Positions 12,841-25,126 of a stretch of DNA of 53,817 nt are shown piece after piece. Position numbers and translations under genes: made by a program. The stretch spans positions 6,307,362 through 6,361,178 of the forward strand of contig NC_068985.1 of the NCBI RefSeq assembly GCF_001194135.2, read 5' to 3'. Under the pieces are notes generated by a model, which worked only from the letters and a program-made list of their open reading frames with translations, was not told the origin of the DNA and did no database searches. This DNA comes from Octopus bimaculoides. Taxonomy: Eukaryota. Numbering within the stretch: position 1 is the stretch's first letter; the number at the start of each line of letters is the position of its first letter.

Positions 12841-13170
12841 TTCACATATATGTACGTTAGTGTGAGTACCTGCTGTATTTGTGTAACATTGTTTGTTTTC
12901 TCCGTCCTTGTTTTTGTATACATTCGCTGCTTTCTTCCACAGAATCTAATGCTCTTAGCTTAGTTTTTCCTAGGGGCTGGCCAGATTGGAGCAATATTGA
13001 GAATGACCAGCCGAAATTGCAAGGATAATCTGGAACTCGACTGAAGAGAGAAAACTCCGAATGACCTGTCCGTGTTTTCTTTGTATCGTCCATCTGGATG
13101 TTTTGTCCCTTTCTTGTATCAATTAACTGTCTGGATATTTGCGTTCTTGTCCCATTCTGTATTATTTATA
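12841..13170 (+). mobile_element. Unclassified TA-flanked repeat-like element with a degenerate hammerhead-like motif at 13032-13078
   Basis: Bounded by (TA)n on both sides; contains GGAACTCG-A-CTGAAGA-GAG-AAAA-CTC-C-GAAT-GACCTGTC-CGTGTTTT. Confidence 0.35.
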
Positions 13171-13184
13171 TAAATATATATGTA

Positions 13185-13285
13185 TATATAAAAGCCTTGT
13201 GAGAAGATTGGGTAGAAGGAAACTGAAAGAGGCCCATCGTGTGTATGTATATATATATATGTATATATATATACAAATATATGCG

Positions 13286-13345
<60 letters not shown>

Positions 13346-13605
13346 TGTGTGTGTGTGTGTGTGTGTGTGCATGTATGTATATGTATGTATGTGTGTATAT
13401 GTTTGCGTGTTTGTCTGTCTCCACAACATCGCTTGACAACCGACGCTGGTGACTTTAAGTCTCCGTAACATAGCGGTTCGGCAAAAGGGGGCGATAAAAT
13501 AAGTACTATGCTTACAAAGAATATTTCTTGGGTCGATTTGCTCGACCAAAGGTTGTGCCCCAGCATGGCCGCAGCCAAATGCCTGCAACGAGTAAAAGAT
13601 TAAAA
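13185..13605 (+). mobile_element. Family B SINE, 5'-truncated, with expanded TA/TG tract
   Basis: AAAGCCTTGTGAGAAG...AAACTGAAAGAGGCCCATCG...(TG)n...CGCTTGACAACCGACGCTGG...CCCCAGCATGGCCGCAG. Confidence 0.9.
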
Positions 13606-14067
13606 GAATAAAAAGATTGTGCTTTTGTTTCTTATTATTTTATTACGTCATTTTCGAAAAAAAAGTACAACAGATATTTGTTATCGAAGCAAGATCTTCA
13701 ACTTCCTGAAAGCATCGAAACTTTGAATATACTAGTGATTCAACTGACATACTTCATATATTTCCGACAGAAATATTGCTTCCGCTCCTATTGGCATATT
13801 AGAGACGAGCTCGAAAATATAAAATTGATAAGATAACGGATATAAATTGTTTGAGTCTCACTGAAATCTGCTCAAGAAACATGTGTTTGTTTAGTGATCT
13901 CTCTAAAAGGATCTTTACTTCATTATTGTTCTTCGCGACCATAGAAGGTTTTCATGTATATGAATTAATTATATGTTTATATCCATGCCACATACGACGA
14001 AAGTCTCTTAAAAGCAACAGAAGTGCTGCATTACTATATTTACATGTCGTCTTTAAAGTTATACCGT

Positions 14068-14411
14068 GGAGATTCAATGGCCCAGTGGTTAGGGCAGCCG
14101 ACTCGCGGTCACGGGATCTCGGATTCGATTTCCAGCGCTGGCGTGTTGAGTGTTTATTGAGCAAAAACACTTAAAGCTCTAGGAGGCTCAGACAACAACT
14201 TTCTCTCACGCTTTCTTCCAGTTTCTGTTGTACCTGTATTTCAAAGGAGCCAGCTTCATTACATTCTGTATCACGCTGAGTCTCCCCGAGAACTACATTA
14301 AGGGTACACGGGTCTGTGGAATGCTCAGCCACTTGCACGTTAATTTCACGAGCAGGCTGTTCATTTGATCGGATCAACTGGAACCCTCGTCGTCGTAATC
14401 GACGGAGTGCC
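14068..14411 (+). mobile_element. tRNA-derived SINE, family C
   Basis: A-box-like TGGCCCAGTGG and B-box GGATTCGATTTCC; body matches 7102-7462 and 49817-50188. Confidence 0.9.
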
Positions 14412-14732
14412 AGGAGAGTTATACAAGACGTAAATCCACGTGCAACTGCTATATGATTCGCAACCAGTTTAAGAACACAGCATATAATTTCCTAAAATTA
14501 CAAAGAAATATTAGTGTAGATAAGCTGGGCTTGAAGCTCAAATAATTACATTTGTCTGAAAAAAACCTCGTTTATTTTTATTGAGACTCCTTTTGCAATC
14601 TATAAATCTATGTAATTTATTTTTTCAAGTTGAAATATTATTTAAAAGTTAAAGTAATGTTTACAGTTGAAAGCACTCTTCTATATTGCTATATTTTGGA
14701 AAATATTTCACTTTGTTTAACAAAATCACAGT

Positions 14733-14733
<1 letters not shown>

Positions 14734-14829
<96 letters not shown>

Positions 14830-14897
14830 CACACACACACACACATATACATATGCATATACGTATATATTTGTCTATCCATTTATTCACCTATCTG

Positions 14898-14956
<59 letters not shown>

Positions 14957-14960
14957 GCAC
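14734..14960. repeat. (ATCT)n and (CA)n microsatellites
   Basis: Directly visible tandem repeats. Confidence 0.95.
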
Positions 14961-15276
14961 ACACATATGCATGCGTGTATGTATGCATATATGTATAAAT
15001 GCATATATGCAATGCAGTCAGTAAAAAGCTTACAGATCAAAGCCACACATAAAATTTACTCCATTACTAGAAACTGCAGAATTATTATCATTATTATTTT
15101 CTGTAATACTAGACTTAGAATTAAGAGATTTTTCTCAATTTTTTATAGAGCGACATGTCTGTAAAAACAAAAACAAAAGAAAAGAGGAAAGGAAACTTTT
15201 AACACAATTCTAAGCAAAAAAACAGGATAATCACCAACACACCCATACGTATGCACATGAATTAATATGCATATGT

Positions 15277-16161
15277 GAGAGGTGGTATCAAAATATTCCC
15301 GGGCTTGTTATGTTTAATAAAAAACAATTAATTTAACTACGTTTTAACATCATCTCCTTCGAAGTATTCACTTTGCGCTGCAATACACCGGTCCCAGCGT
15401 TCCTGCCAGTTTTGGAACCCACCCTGTAAGTCATTTTCCGTAAGCGAGTCAAACACCTTCTGCGATTCGGTTCGGATCACGACAACGGTCTTAAAACGTC
15501 GTCGTTTGAGCTGCATTTTCATATCTGGGAAATGATGGAAGTCCGCAATTGCTAAATCTGGCGAATACGGTGGGTGCGAACACGATACCATGTTGTTTTG
15601 GCGAGAACCTCATGATTGTGAAGAACTCAGTTACAGGGTGCATTGCCGTCGTGAAGAATCAAATTCTTCGCGCTCCATGTATCCGGTCAGTTTTTGCAAA
15701 ATGTCCTTCCACAAAACTTTAAAAATATCGCCTTAAAACTCTTGATTGACTCTCTGGGACTGAGCGGGGTTGGGGTGATGCAGAATACCACATTGCTGAG
15801 AGTAACACTCGTGGCAGTTCTTCCAAATCACTCATCGTCTTCCAAGCAGGTTATTCCGCTTTCAAGTGCCGGTGTCCCTTGAAACGTTGTATACGATCTG
15901 TTACTTCATCACCGAAGCATGCTCAATGCCTCTGTAGCAGACTTTCTAACTTTAATGCAAAACACCACGTTGGCTTTTTGTTCCTGTCCGTGACAGCATG
16001 CAGCATACACAAATCTCAAAAACCTAAATTTCACAACTTGTAAAGTAAACACAGCGATGTCTCTTCGCACACTGCCTCATGGAAGTTACTGCGCACGCGA
16101 CCGTGTGCTGACATTTGTTGGCGCGCTACAGTACTAGTTCGAAGACCTTTTGATACCGCCT

Positions 16162-16163
<2 letters not shown>
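15277..16163 (-). mobile_element. Non-autonomous mariner (Tc1/mariner) element, about 890 bp, with decayed transposase
   Basis: TIRs GAGAGGTGGTATCAAAA / TTTTGATACCGCCTCT followed by TA. ORF 15337-15591 (-) has HPPYSPDLAIADF (mariner YSPDLAPxD motif) and a C-terminal RWDRCIAAQSEYFEG. Too short for a complete transposase. Confidence 0.92.
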
Positions 16164-16202
<39 letters not shown>

Positions 16203-16208
<6 letters not shown>

Positions 16209-16410
16209 AGGAAGTTTGAAAACGTGACCATATAAGATATATTTTTCATGTTTCGGTTCTTCTTGAAAAACGAACCTAATCAAAAATATATATTTTTAAA
16301 AGTGCAATAAAAGAAAAGTTCATAATTATTTCTTACTAGAGTCAACAGAGTCCATGTGGAAGCATTAGGAACACTATACCTGTTTTGTGCGTTGGCTAGA
16401 AGCGTTGGCT

Positions 16411-16444
<34 letters not shown>

Positions 16445-16522
16445 CAGTAGTAGTAGTAGTAGCAGCAGCAGCAGCAGCAGTAGTATTAGTAGTAGTAGTA
16501 GTACTAGTAGTAGTAGCAACGT

Positions 16523-16572
<50 letters not shown>

Positions 16573-16830
16573 TTAATTATAATAATAATAATACAGCCAA
16601 CGCTTCTAGTCAGCGCACAAGACAGCCATTATGTTCCCACACATAAAACGCTTCTACGTGGAATCTGTTGACATTAGGGAAGAAATAATTATGAACTTTT
16701 CCTTTATTACACTTTTAAAAATATATATTTTAGATAAGGTTCGTTCTTTCAAGAACCGAAACATGTAAAATATCGCTGAGAAAATTAAAAATTATCTCTT
16801 ATAGCGGCGTTTTCAAACCTCTTTTTTATA
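16203..16830. mobile_element. About 630-bp foldback element with a central (TAG)n/(CTA)n palindrome and a degenerate hammerhead core in each arm
   Basis: 16203-16410 is the reverse complement of about 16595-16830 (e.g. GAAAAGTTCATAATTATTTCTT vs AAGAAATAATTATGAACTTTTC). The arms contain GGTTC...GAACC-GAAAC-AT-GTA (right) and -GAA (left). Confidence 0.8.
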
Positions 16831-16854
16831 AATACCCACTCGTATGCCACCTAC

Positions 16855-16885
<31 letters not shown>

Positions 16886-17013
16886 GCGTGTATACGTGTG
16901 TGTATGTATATAAATATGTATGTACATGTATGTACATCTATATATATGTATGTGTATATATATATATCTATATCTATCTATCTATGTATCAATCCATCTA
17001 TCTATCTATATAC

Positions 17014-17068
<55 letters not shown>

Positions 17069-17620
17069 GACGTATGTGCGCACGCGCGTGCGCTAGTATG
17101 GAGATAGATGGTAAAAGGAGTAGATATATAGATAACACACTGAACTTAATGCTTTTGCATTTGTCCAACGACTATGCATTAGATTTAGTATACCGTTGTT
17201 AGAATGAAATCACTACCACGGTGTTCGTATTTTTTTCCTAATGACTACAACAATCCCCGCACTCAAGGGCTCTACCGTACGATCATTTAATATTTATTTG
17301 GGGCATGATCAACCTCCATTTTTGTGTCTTTCCGATAGGACTCTCACGCTACAATGACCATAGACTGTCATATACATCAGAATACTGTGTCGCTAAATTT
17401 CTTCAAGCTGCGTGAGGATTTGGAAACAAATCAACGAAAGACTTTTGTTGTCTCTGTTGGTGAAATTTACATTATATTTCAGCAGTCATTTATCCTTGTA
17501 TTTTGTGTTTCTCTCTGTATAAATGACCCGCAATCAATGGAGTAATCTATGTAATACGGTGATAAAAGTCGATCAATTGGCCGAGAATATCGTTCTTTAT
17601 CAATATTTTTCCCTACACAT

Positions 17621-17833
17621 GGCGCCGAGCTGACAAAAACGTTAGCACGCCGAGCGAAATGCTTAGCGGTATTTCGTCTGTCCTTATGTTCTGAGTTCAA
17701 ATTCCGCCAAGGTCTACTTTGCCTTTCATCATTTCGGGGTCGATAAATTAAGTACCAGTTGCGTACTGCGGTCGATCTAATCGACTGACCCTTCCCCAAA
17801 ATTTCTGGCCTTGTGCCTACAATAGAAAAGAAT
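17621..17833 (+). mobile_element. Family A SINE, best-preserved copy
   Basis: GGCGCCGAGCTGACAAAAACGTTAGC (A-box-like), GAGTTCAAATTCC (B-box), TTTCGGGGTCGATAAATTAAGTACCAGTTGCGTACTG, tail TAGAAAAGAATA. Confidence 0.92.
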
Positions 17834-20800
17834 ATTCCTTTCTACTCAACTCACGCCAATGATAATTTCGTGATATTTCATTAACATGATGAACATTTAA
17901 AAGAGATATCTCGCTTTTCTTTTGAAATATGTGTGTCTTCCACATTATACGATATTGCATGTTTAATTATTGAGAAATTAGAAGCAGTTGTGTAGTAATT
18001 ATCTTGCTAGTTCCATAACCCCTAGGCATAAATGCTATTTTATAAGTAAGAAAATATGGCATAAATTATGAGCAGTTGATAGTCATATAAGACATGCAAT
18101 ACTACCACGAGGGAGTTCCATGTTGCTGCGTTCATGTGCGTTTCCTGCCCCATGGTAGGTTCATGCGGGACACTTGACAAAAAGAAGATCCAATTTTCTT
18201 TTGAAGACTAATATCGCCGAGACGACGACGCTTTTATTTCTGAGGAACATTCTAATTAAAAGACGTCATAGCAGAGCAACCTAGATTGCTAATGCAAGAT
18301 TTGTGCAGCTGCCATTATCATAAACCGAGGGTGGTTTTAATGAAGATGAAGTAATTAAATGAAAAAGATAATTATCTTCAAATTTTGTGTAATTCAAATT
18401 AGCTAATATATAACTGATAGAAATATAAAAGAAGCACTACGGTAGTATACCATGTCTACATTTAACATTACACAACGAAGAATAACCAATTAAAATATAC
18501 ACATCACTTGAAATGCTACACCTTTCAATCACTTCCTACCCGTTATATAGATTCCTAAATCATCAAATGTGTATTCCTATATATTTTCAGCAGTTCAAAG
18601 AAACGTCGGGAGCCTGCTCTCTCATCAGACCAATCGCAAGGGTTGTCCTCTGTATATATATCTTGGGGGAGGTTTCTATGCGTACATTAACTTTCAATGA
18701 TAGAAACGACTACCAACAACTGTGGAAAATATACCCATCTTCAGCATGCTATATTGAATACTGCAATGACACGTGATAACTATATATACACTCAACACGT
18801 ACACTTCCCACAGCCAACTGACCAACAACCATGTCGCTTAAACTGTCATGTCTCACACATCCCACGCAGCTGCTTTATTACCCGATTATAACCTCATAGA
18901 AGGCCAACCCGTTGCAATATCAACCACTGAAGTGTTTTGCCACGGGCAACAACCTAAAGATATCAGTAGATTCTGTGACATCGAATTTCTTGTGAGAAAC
19001 TTCAATTAGCTTTCCCTAAATTCAAACGTTACCGTTTTGGATAAGCGGACAATTATATGCCATATAGTCATTATAATGTAATGCCTGAGAAATTGACGGC
19101 GAGTTCGTGGTGTGCACGTCTTCGATCACAGACCAACATATACAAGGTTGTCATGCTGCTAAAAATGTCAGTAACTTATAAACATTTGAAAGGAACATCA
19201 CCATACATAATTTCAGTATTATAGGAGGCCATGCAAATATTTTGAACATTACCTCTTCTCATATGACTAGGGAAAGACAGCCAAAACTTAACAAATTTTC
19301 AACATATTTATGCATTAATCTTTACGTACAGCACTCAAAGTCAATCTTTTATTTTAAGCTTAATGATTGTATAACTGCAGGCAAGTTCAATAACGTGTTG
19401 TTTGTATGAGAATATAACACGTTACGTATTTATATTATGATACGTACGAAAGAATATCTTCTTTTTTAATTAGTCGTATGAGATGATTTCACAATGTATT
19501 AGAGGATTCATTATTACATTCACATCCTACAGACACGCAAATAATCATGTAAGTGCACATGGACACACATACACACACAACTTATCTAATATCTCAGTTG
19601 GTTGCGCTTGGGAGTCCAACCGGAAAATCTAATGACGCTCGCTTTTGAAAGAGCCCCACGGAGGAGATGCTTCAGAATTTTGCCAAAAAGTACCCACCTA
19701 CTGTGGACGACGAACTTAGGTGTTAATGTGTGTCTGTGTGTGTGTCACTACGCACACACATGCGCACACACATACATACATACAGCATATACGTAAGCTA
19801 AAATTGCCGATTCCAAAATGGCGAATGACAGAAATTTGACTTCAAATTTCAAGGATGTTATATTAAACATCATACAATATAAATTCTTTTTATACAGGAA
19901 CATTCCTCGATGTCTGAGAGAATGTAAACTAACCGATAGCAGCCATAGCCCCCTACTCTATAAAAGAAGTGTGAATATGAGAGAGTTAATTCTGTTTTAT
20001 TTCTGCAAAATAGATTCGAAACTGTTCTACATTGGTCTATTATATCATTCTCTTCTAGAATTTTTTTTTATCTGAGATATTAAAATATAAGTAGTGTGTG
20101 AACAAGAAGCTACAATTGTCTTAGTGATGCAAAAATAACTGAAATCGCTTTTACAAGATCAGATTGTAAAGTAAATCTTTGCCTGTATTAATCTGACATT
20201 GGTAATAGTTACAGCCAGGCCATAATGCCTATTTGGGTGAGTTGTGGCATGTCAGAGCTTAAGTAGGTATGTAAGATGTTAACTGACAGCTAATGATTTG
20301 TAATAATTTCGCAGAGACCAAACGTTCTTCTAAAGTGTTCACCAGACCGATTCGTTTCATTAACTTTTATTTTAAGAATATTTATCATATAATGACAGCC
20401 ACAATTCAATGGAGAGCAGGAAGTTTCGATTTCACGCCTTAAGTTTCTGTTATGATAAATAGTGTTAATTAGTTATGGAATAACATCTTCGTTATCTATC
20501 ATATAAGTTGCTAATTTAACCTTTTGGATATTACAACCGCATTTCAACTAATCATTCTGTATAAGACGAAACGGTGAGAAATATTCTTATGAACAGACGT
20601 TCCGTTTCTCCACCTCGACATAAATCTACTAAACGGCATTATTTTATTTTATACACTTATAAAATTTGATCGAACGTGACAGGAATAATATGTTTTTTTT
20701 TCTTCTTTTTACATTGACACTTGTAATTACTTGTGAATTATATTCTCTACTGATTTGCACAACATCTGTCTATCAAATCAATATTGTTAATAGCATCTTT

Positions 20801-21699
20801 AAGTTCAATAAATCTACTCAGATGTGTCATTCAATATGAAATTCTAATCATTGAATTGCTAAACAACCGAGAATGTTTAGTGGTGTTTCATTTGTTTGAA
20901 TTATAGAAAGTTCATTATTATAAATCCAGTGAGATGTTTTAACATTATAATATAATTAAGACATTATAACCATTAGTATATTCCCCCTAAATAACTATAA
21001 AACCATTGACGAGTGCAACCACATAACATACCCTGCGTTTAGCTTATATATTTAGATACCAACGTGTAGTGTTTGATGACAGATGTATATGAGTCACAAA
21101 ATAAAGCAATTTTAATGTGTTGAAGGTAAGAACGAAAGGATCGTTGGTAATTACAGGGGTCCCCCTTTTCATGTGATATACAACTGCTTATTATGAAACA
21201 AATCCTTGATGGATCCTCTCTGTCTCTGTTATGTATATATATATACATATGTGAGAATGTGTGCGTATACAAATGTTTTAGTTAATCTGTATTATCTCTT
21301 AAATTATTCAGTTTGATAATAATACTGTCACTATAACATTAATGGATTATAGTATATTAAGTTTGCATAACGAAGTACCATTAATGTTTCCATACCATCC
21401 CCAGGAATGCGTCTAGTGTGTAAATTGGTATATCTAAAAACTTAACACTGCTGTATACGGTGGCTCTATAAGCAATGTGTTCGGAAGTGAGAATGGGTTA
21501 TAAGGGGGGCTAATGATGGGGTAGCAATCCCCTAAACCTGGCACACACACTCATTACCCATTTTTGTCTTCGATTTCATTGTTTGTTTACATCTGACGCC
21601 TGGATACGAAATGCTATAGCAAAAATCAGCGGTAGTGGCTGTAATTTCTGTAGAAATAACCTTAACAAAATTATGTCGTTATAACAGACGCAGGCACAA

Positions 21700-21703
21700 A
21701 CAT

Positions 21704-21797
<94 letters not shown>

Positions 21798-21856
21798 ACA
21801 CACACACACATATACACACACATACACACACACACACGCACACACACACACACACA
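21700..21856. repeat. (CA)n microsatellite
   Basis: Directly visible. Confidence 0.95.
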
Positions 21857-22243
21857 GGTGCTTCTATGCACACATGCACAGATAAACAGATACGAAAACA
21901 CACACATTCTAAATATAGTTCAAATAATGTTATATCTGTCACTTTGAATAGACAAGGGAAAATGTTTCCAGAGATGTGTTCTGAAGCTTAGTAACGTAGT
22001 TAAACACAGAGAAGAACTTTAATTCCATGGATATTACTTATGAAATTATTTTCGTAAGTGGTAACCTTTTTACAAAAATATATTTCTTACATACTCAGAC
22101 GGAGATTTATGTGATTGGCCAGAACACTTCCATGATGACTATTATAGAAAAGTGCCTGTATAAACTAGACATGTACATGGCTGAGTACGTGGGCGTAAAT
22201 TATGTAAAGCGTGTTTTCATACAGAGAGACTGTCATACAGATT

Positions 22244-23103
22244 GGTGGGGGTGCCCAAAAGAAGCCGGAAATGTTGTGTGTGGGACAAGCCCATTGCAGT
22301 TTAGGCTTTCACCGCTAGAAACCGCTTGATACGACCCCCCCCCCCACCGGGCATCAGTATGCAGAGCGGTGTCGTCGAGTGTAGCAATTTTTACATGGCG
22401 CGTCTTTACTTCTCCACTGTTCGTTGATATTTTGATGGCTGGAACGAAGGAACAGCGTTTTTCTTTGAAATCCTGTTTTCTGCTACGGAGAACGGCGGCC
22501 ACGAGGACGCTGCCATGAGGAAAACACAATTTTACGAGTGGTTTTCACGCTTTAGTGATTGTTAATTGTGGCTTCAAGACCAACCTCGTTCAGGACGGCC
22601 GTCGACCTCCCAAACGGATGTAAACACCAAGAAAATTCATGAACTGATTTTGAAGGGTCATCACTGAACGATTGAGGAAACAATTGATATTATTGGTGGG
22701 TCCTGGAGCTCCTGCAAATGAATTATGAGCGAGGAATTTCGAATGGAAATTATTGCAGCTAAATTTGCGCCTCGCTTGTTGACGGAAGATCAACATCAGT
22801 CACGACTGAATGGGTATCGTATAAGCTCAAAGAACAGTTGGAAGTAGATCCTGACCTATTTTCGAAGGTGACAAAAGCTAGGAATTTGCAGATGTAGAAG
22901 AAGTAAAGGAAGAAAACGACGAAGGCGTTAAGAGACATTAATTCGCAAGATTTCCAGCACCTCTTCGGACAGTGGAAAACGCATTTGGACCGATGCATTG
23001 CTTCAAATGGAGAATACTTTGAAGGCGATGAATGTGTAAACATGGAAAACTATGTGAATATAATGATATTGCAAAACTCAGACTTCCTTTGAGTACCCCT
23101 TCG
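22244..23103 (+). mobile_element. Internally deleted mariner element, about 860 bp
   Basis: TIR-like GGGGTGCCCAAAAGAAGCCGGA vs reverse complement of CAGACTTCCTTTGAGTACCCCTTCG-TA. Fragmented transposase: MAGTKEQRFSLKSCF, RKTQFYEWFSRF, QPRSGRPSTS, AKFAPRLLTEDQ, DPDLFSKV, then directly the C-terminus FADVEEVK...LDRCIASNGEYFEGD; the DDD core is absent. Confidence 0.9.
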
Positions 23104-23112
23104 TATATATAT

Positions 23113-23330
23113 NNNNNNNNNNNNNNNNNNNNNNNNNNNNNNNNNNNNNNNNNNNNNNNNNNNNNNNNNNNNNNNNNNNNNNNNNNNNNNNNNNNNNNNN
23201 NNNNNNNNNNNNNNNNNNNNNNNNNNNNNNNNNNNNNNNNNNNNNNNNNNNNNNNNNNNNNNNNNNNNNNNNNNNNNNNNNNNNNNNNNNNNNNNNNNNN
23301 NNNNNNNNNNNNNNNNNNNNNNNNNNNNNN
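23113..23330. other. Assembly gap
   Basis: Run of N flanked by (TA)n. Confidence 1.
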
Positions 23331-24104
23331 TATATATATATGCATATATATGTTTACTACTATAAGAATTGTTATCTTAAAAGAAGGAGCAGCTACAAAT
23401 TATTCTTGTCAATAACTAATGTAATATCACTTAACTATGAAAAAGGTTTCGACCAGAAGCCGCAAATTTGAACAATCTGTAATATTTGTAATTTTCTCAG
23501 GAGCCAAAGGTAGCATCTACGACATTTACAGCGTTTCCACGAGTAGTAACATCAATGTATTTTCTCACCGGGGTCTTGTTTCGAACTGGATTTTGGTAAA
23601 AGCAGGCAAGTCAACAAGTGGTGATGTTAGTCAGAAGTCTACAACCAAAATTTACCGTGATAGTACGTGAACTTACCTGACACGCATACACACGTATATA
23701 CAAACACAACCATCTGATACCACCAGCGCTTGTCCACACGGTAGCTCACACGCACACACATAGTAGATACACACGTATGCACACGAGTTGTGCAGAATCA
23801 AGAATTCATAAATTCACACCGGGTATCGATTCCATGTTACTAAATTTCCTTCAAAGACTCTCCGGACAGTGAGAATCCTTCTGCTTTCTATCCAGCCAGG
23901 TGGTGCAAGATATTCAAATCGGGGTCTCTTTTTCATTGATTTGATGTCGCTGAGAGTTTAAATTTCAATTTGAATTACATTATATGAGCCGCCTTGACAA
24001 ACGTCAGTCCAGATATTCGTAGTAATCTTGTACAACCTGCATCTTTCTTCTAAAGCGCCTACGACATTGCAAGTTACTTAGACGCTAACAAAACTGTCTT
24101 GAAA

Positions 24105-24124
24105 TGATAATAATAATAATAATA

Positions 24125-24194
<70 letters not shown>

Positions 24195-24306
24195 AATTAA
24201 ACCGTGTCTTTATTACCGGCATAATGCCTCTCCCAAGGTTTAATTGTATTTCTTTCAACACACGTATCAACATCAAGAATCTTGCACACGAAATACACAT
24301 ACGAAA

Positions 24307-24368
<62 letters not shown>
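24105..24368. repeat. (AAT)n microsatellite interrupted by an insertion at 24192-24308
   Basis: Directly visible. Confidence 0.95.
24192..24308 (-). mobile_element. Collapsed copy of the 8047-8293 element
   Basis: TTATTACCGGCATAATGCCTCTCCCAAGGTTTAATTGTATTTCTTTC...ATCAAGAATCTTGCACACGAA is nearly identical to 8196-8280; the left arm is reduced to TACAATTAAACC and the loop is missing. Confidence 0.85.
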
Positions 24369-24371
<3 letters not shown>

Positions 24372-24805
24372 CTATAAAATAGTTAATTTAGGAGTTACAC
24401 ACACACACTACTATGCAATACGCCTCCAAAATAAAAGAAGAATAAATTCATATGATAAATACCCAAGAAAGTGACCAAAAACCACATGTGCCATTTGAAG
24501 GTCGATACCCGACAAAAGAACACAACCTGCGCTACGTAAGCAACACACACGATAAGAAATAATACAATCAAAGATTCAAACAAAACCCCATATAGGAAAC
24601 ATACTGATACAATACAATATGTCACAACCTAGAACCCCAAAAATGCAGAACACCAAAGGTACAACAAGTGATGCAATAGAAAATTGCCTGAAATTTTCAG
24701 GTGTTGAGAAACAATAGCAGTGATGATGGCGAACTCTAGTTGCACCAGCGAAAATGAAGCTGGACCTTTAAGGAAAGCCTCTCGCTCGGCAGTGCATCTG
24801 TAAAG

Positions 24806-25010
24806 ATGCAGACTGACCGCCGCTGTCATCTTAATACAGCATCAGTAGGTAATAGAGCAAGGAGGAGAAAGTGGACCAGAGAAAAAAACAGGATAGTGAT
24901 ACAGTGCTATTTAGAAAGTGAACCTAAAAGAAGGGGTTATAGAAAACGGATGTTTAAAGGGTATGTTTAAAGTGACTGAGCAGAGATTGGTGCATCAAGC
25001 TAATGTTACT
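24806..25010 (+). pseudogene. R4/Dong-clade-like non-LTR retrotransposon ORF, N-terminal fragment
   Basis: Translates RRRKWTREKNRIVIQCYLESEPKRRGYRKRM and, after a frameshift, GMFKVTEQRLVHQAN. This matches, from memory, the N-terminal KWT...CY...RGYRKRM...VTEQRL..Q signature of R4/Dong-type elements. Confidence 0.7.
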
Positions 25011-25126
25011 GGGAGCGATAAAATGATCAAATAAATACCACTAGTGTTTGATATGATCGAGTTCCGTATTCCTCACGTATTCTGACCTCGTGCCAAATAA
25101 GAAAGGATTATATTAGATGTTTCTAA

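Noticed and set aside
13119-13588. Several 65-140 aa ORFs rich in HT/YI/CV (also at 14.6, 16.3, 21.6, 44.5 and 53.5 kb)
   Set aside because: Translations of dinucleotide and trinucleotide microsatellites.
19651-19720. Protein-like frame SPTEEMLQNFAKKYPPTVDDELR as a possible exon
   Set aside because: Weak acceptor and donor, no recognised homology, no partner exons.
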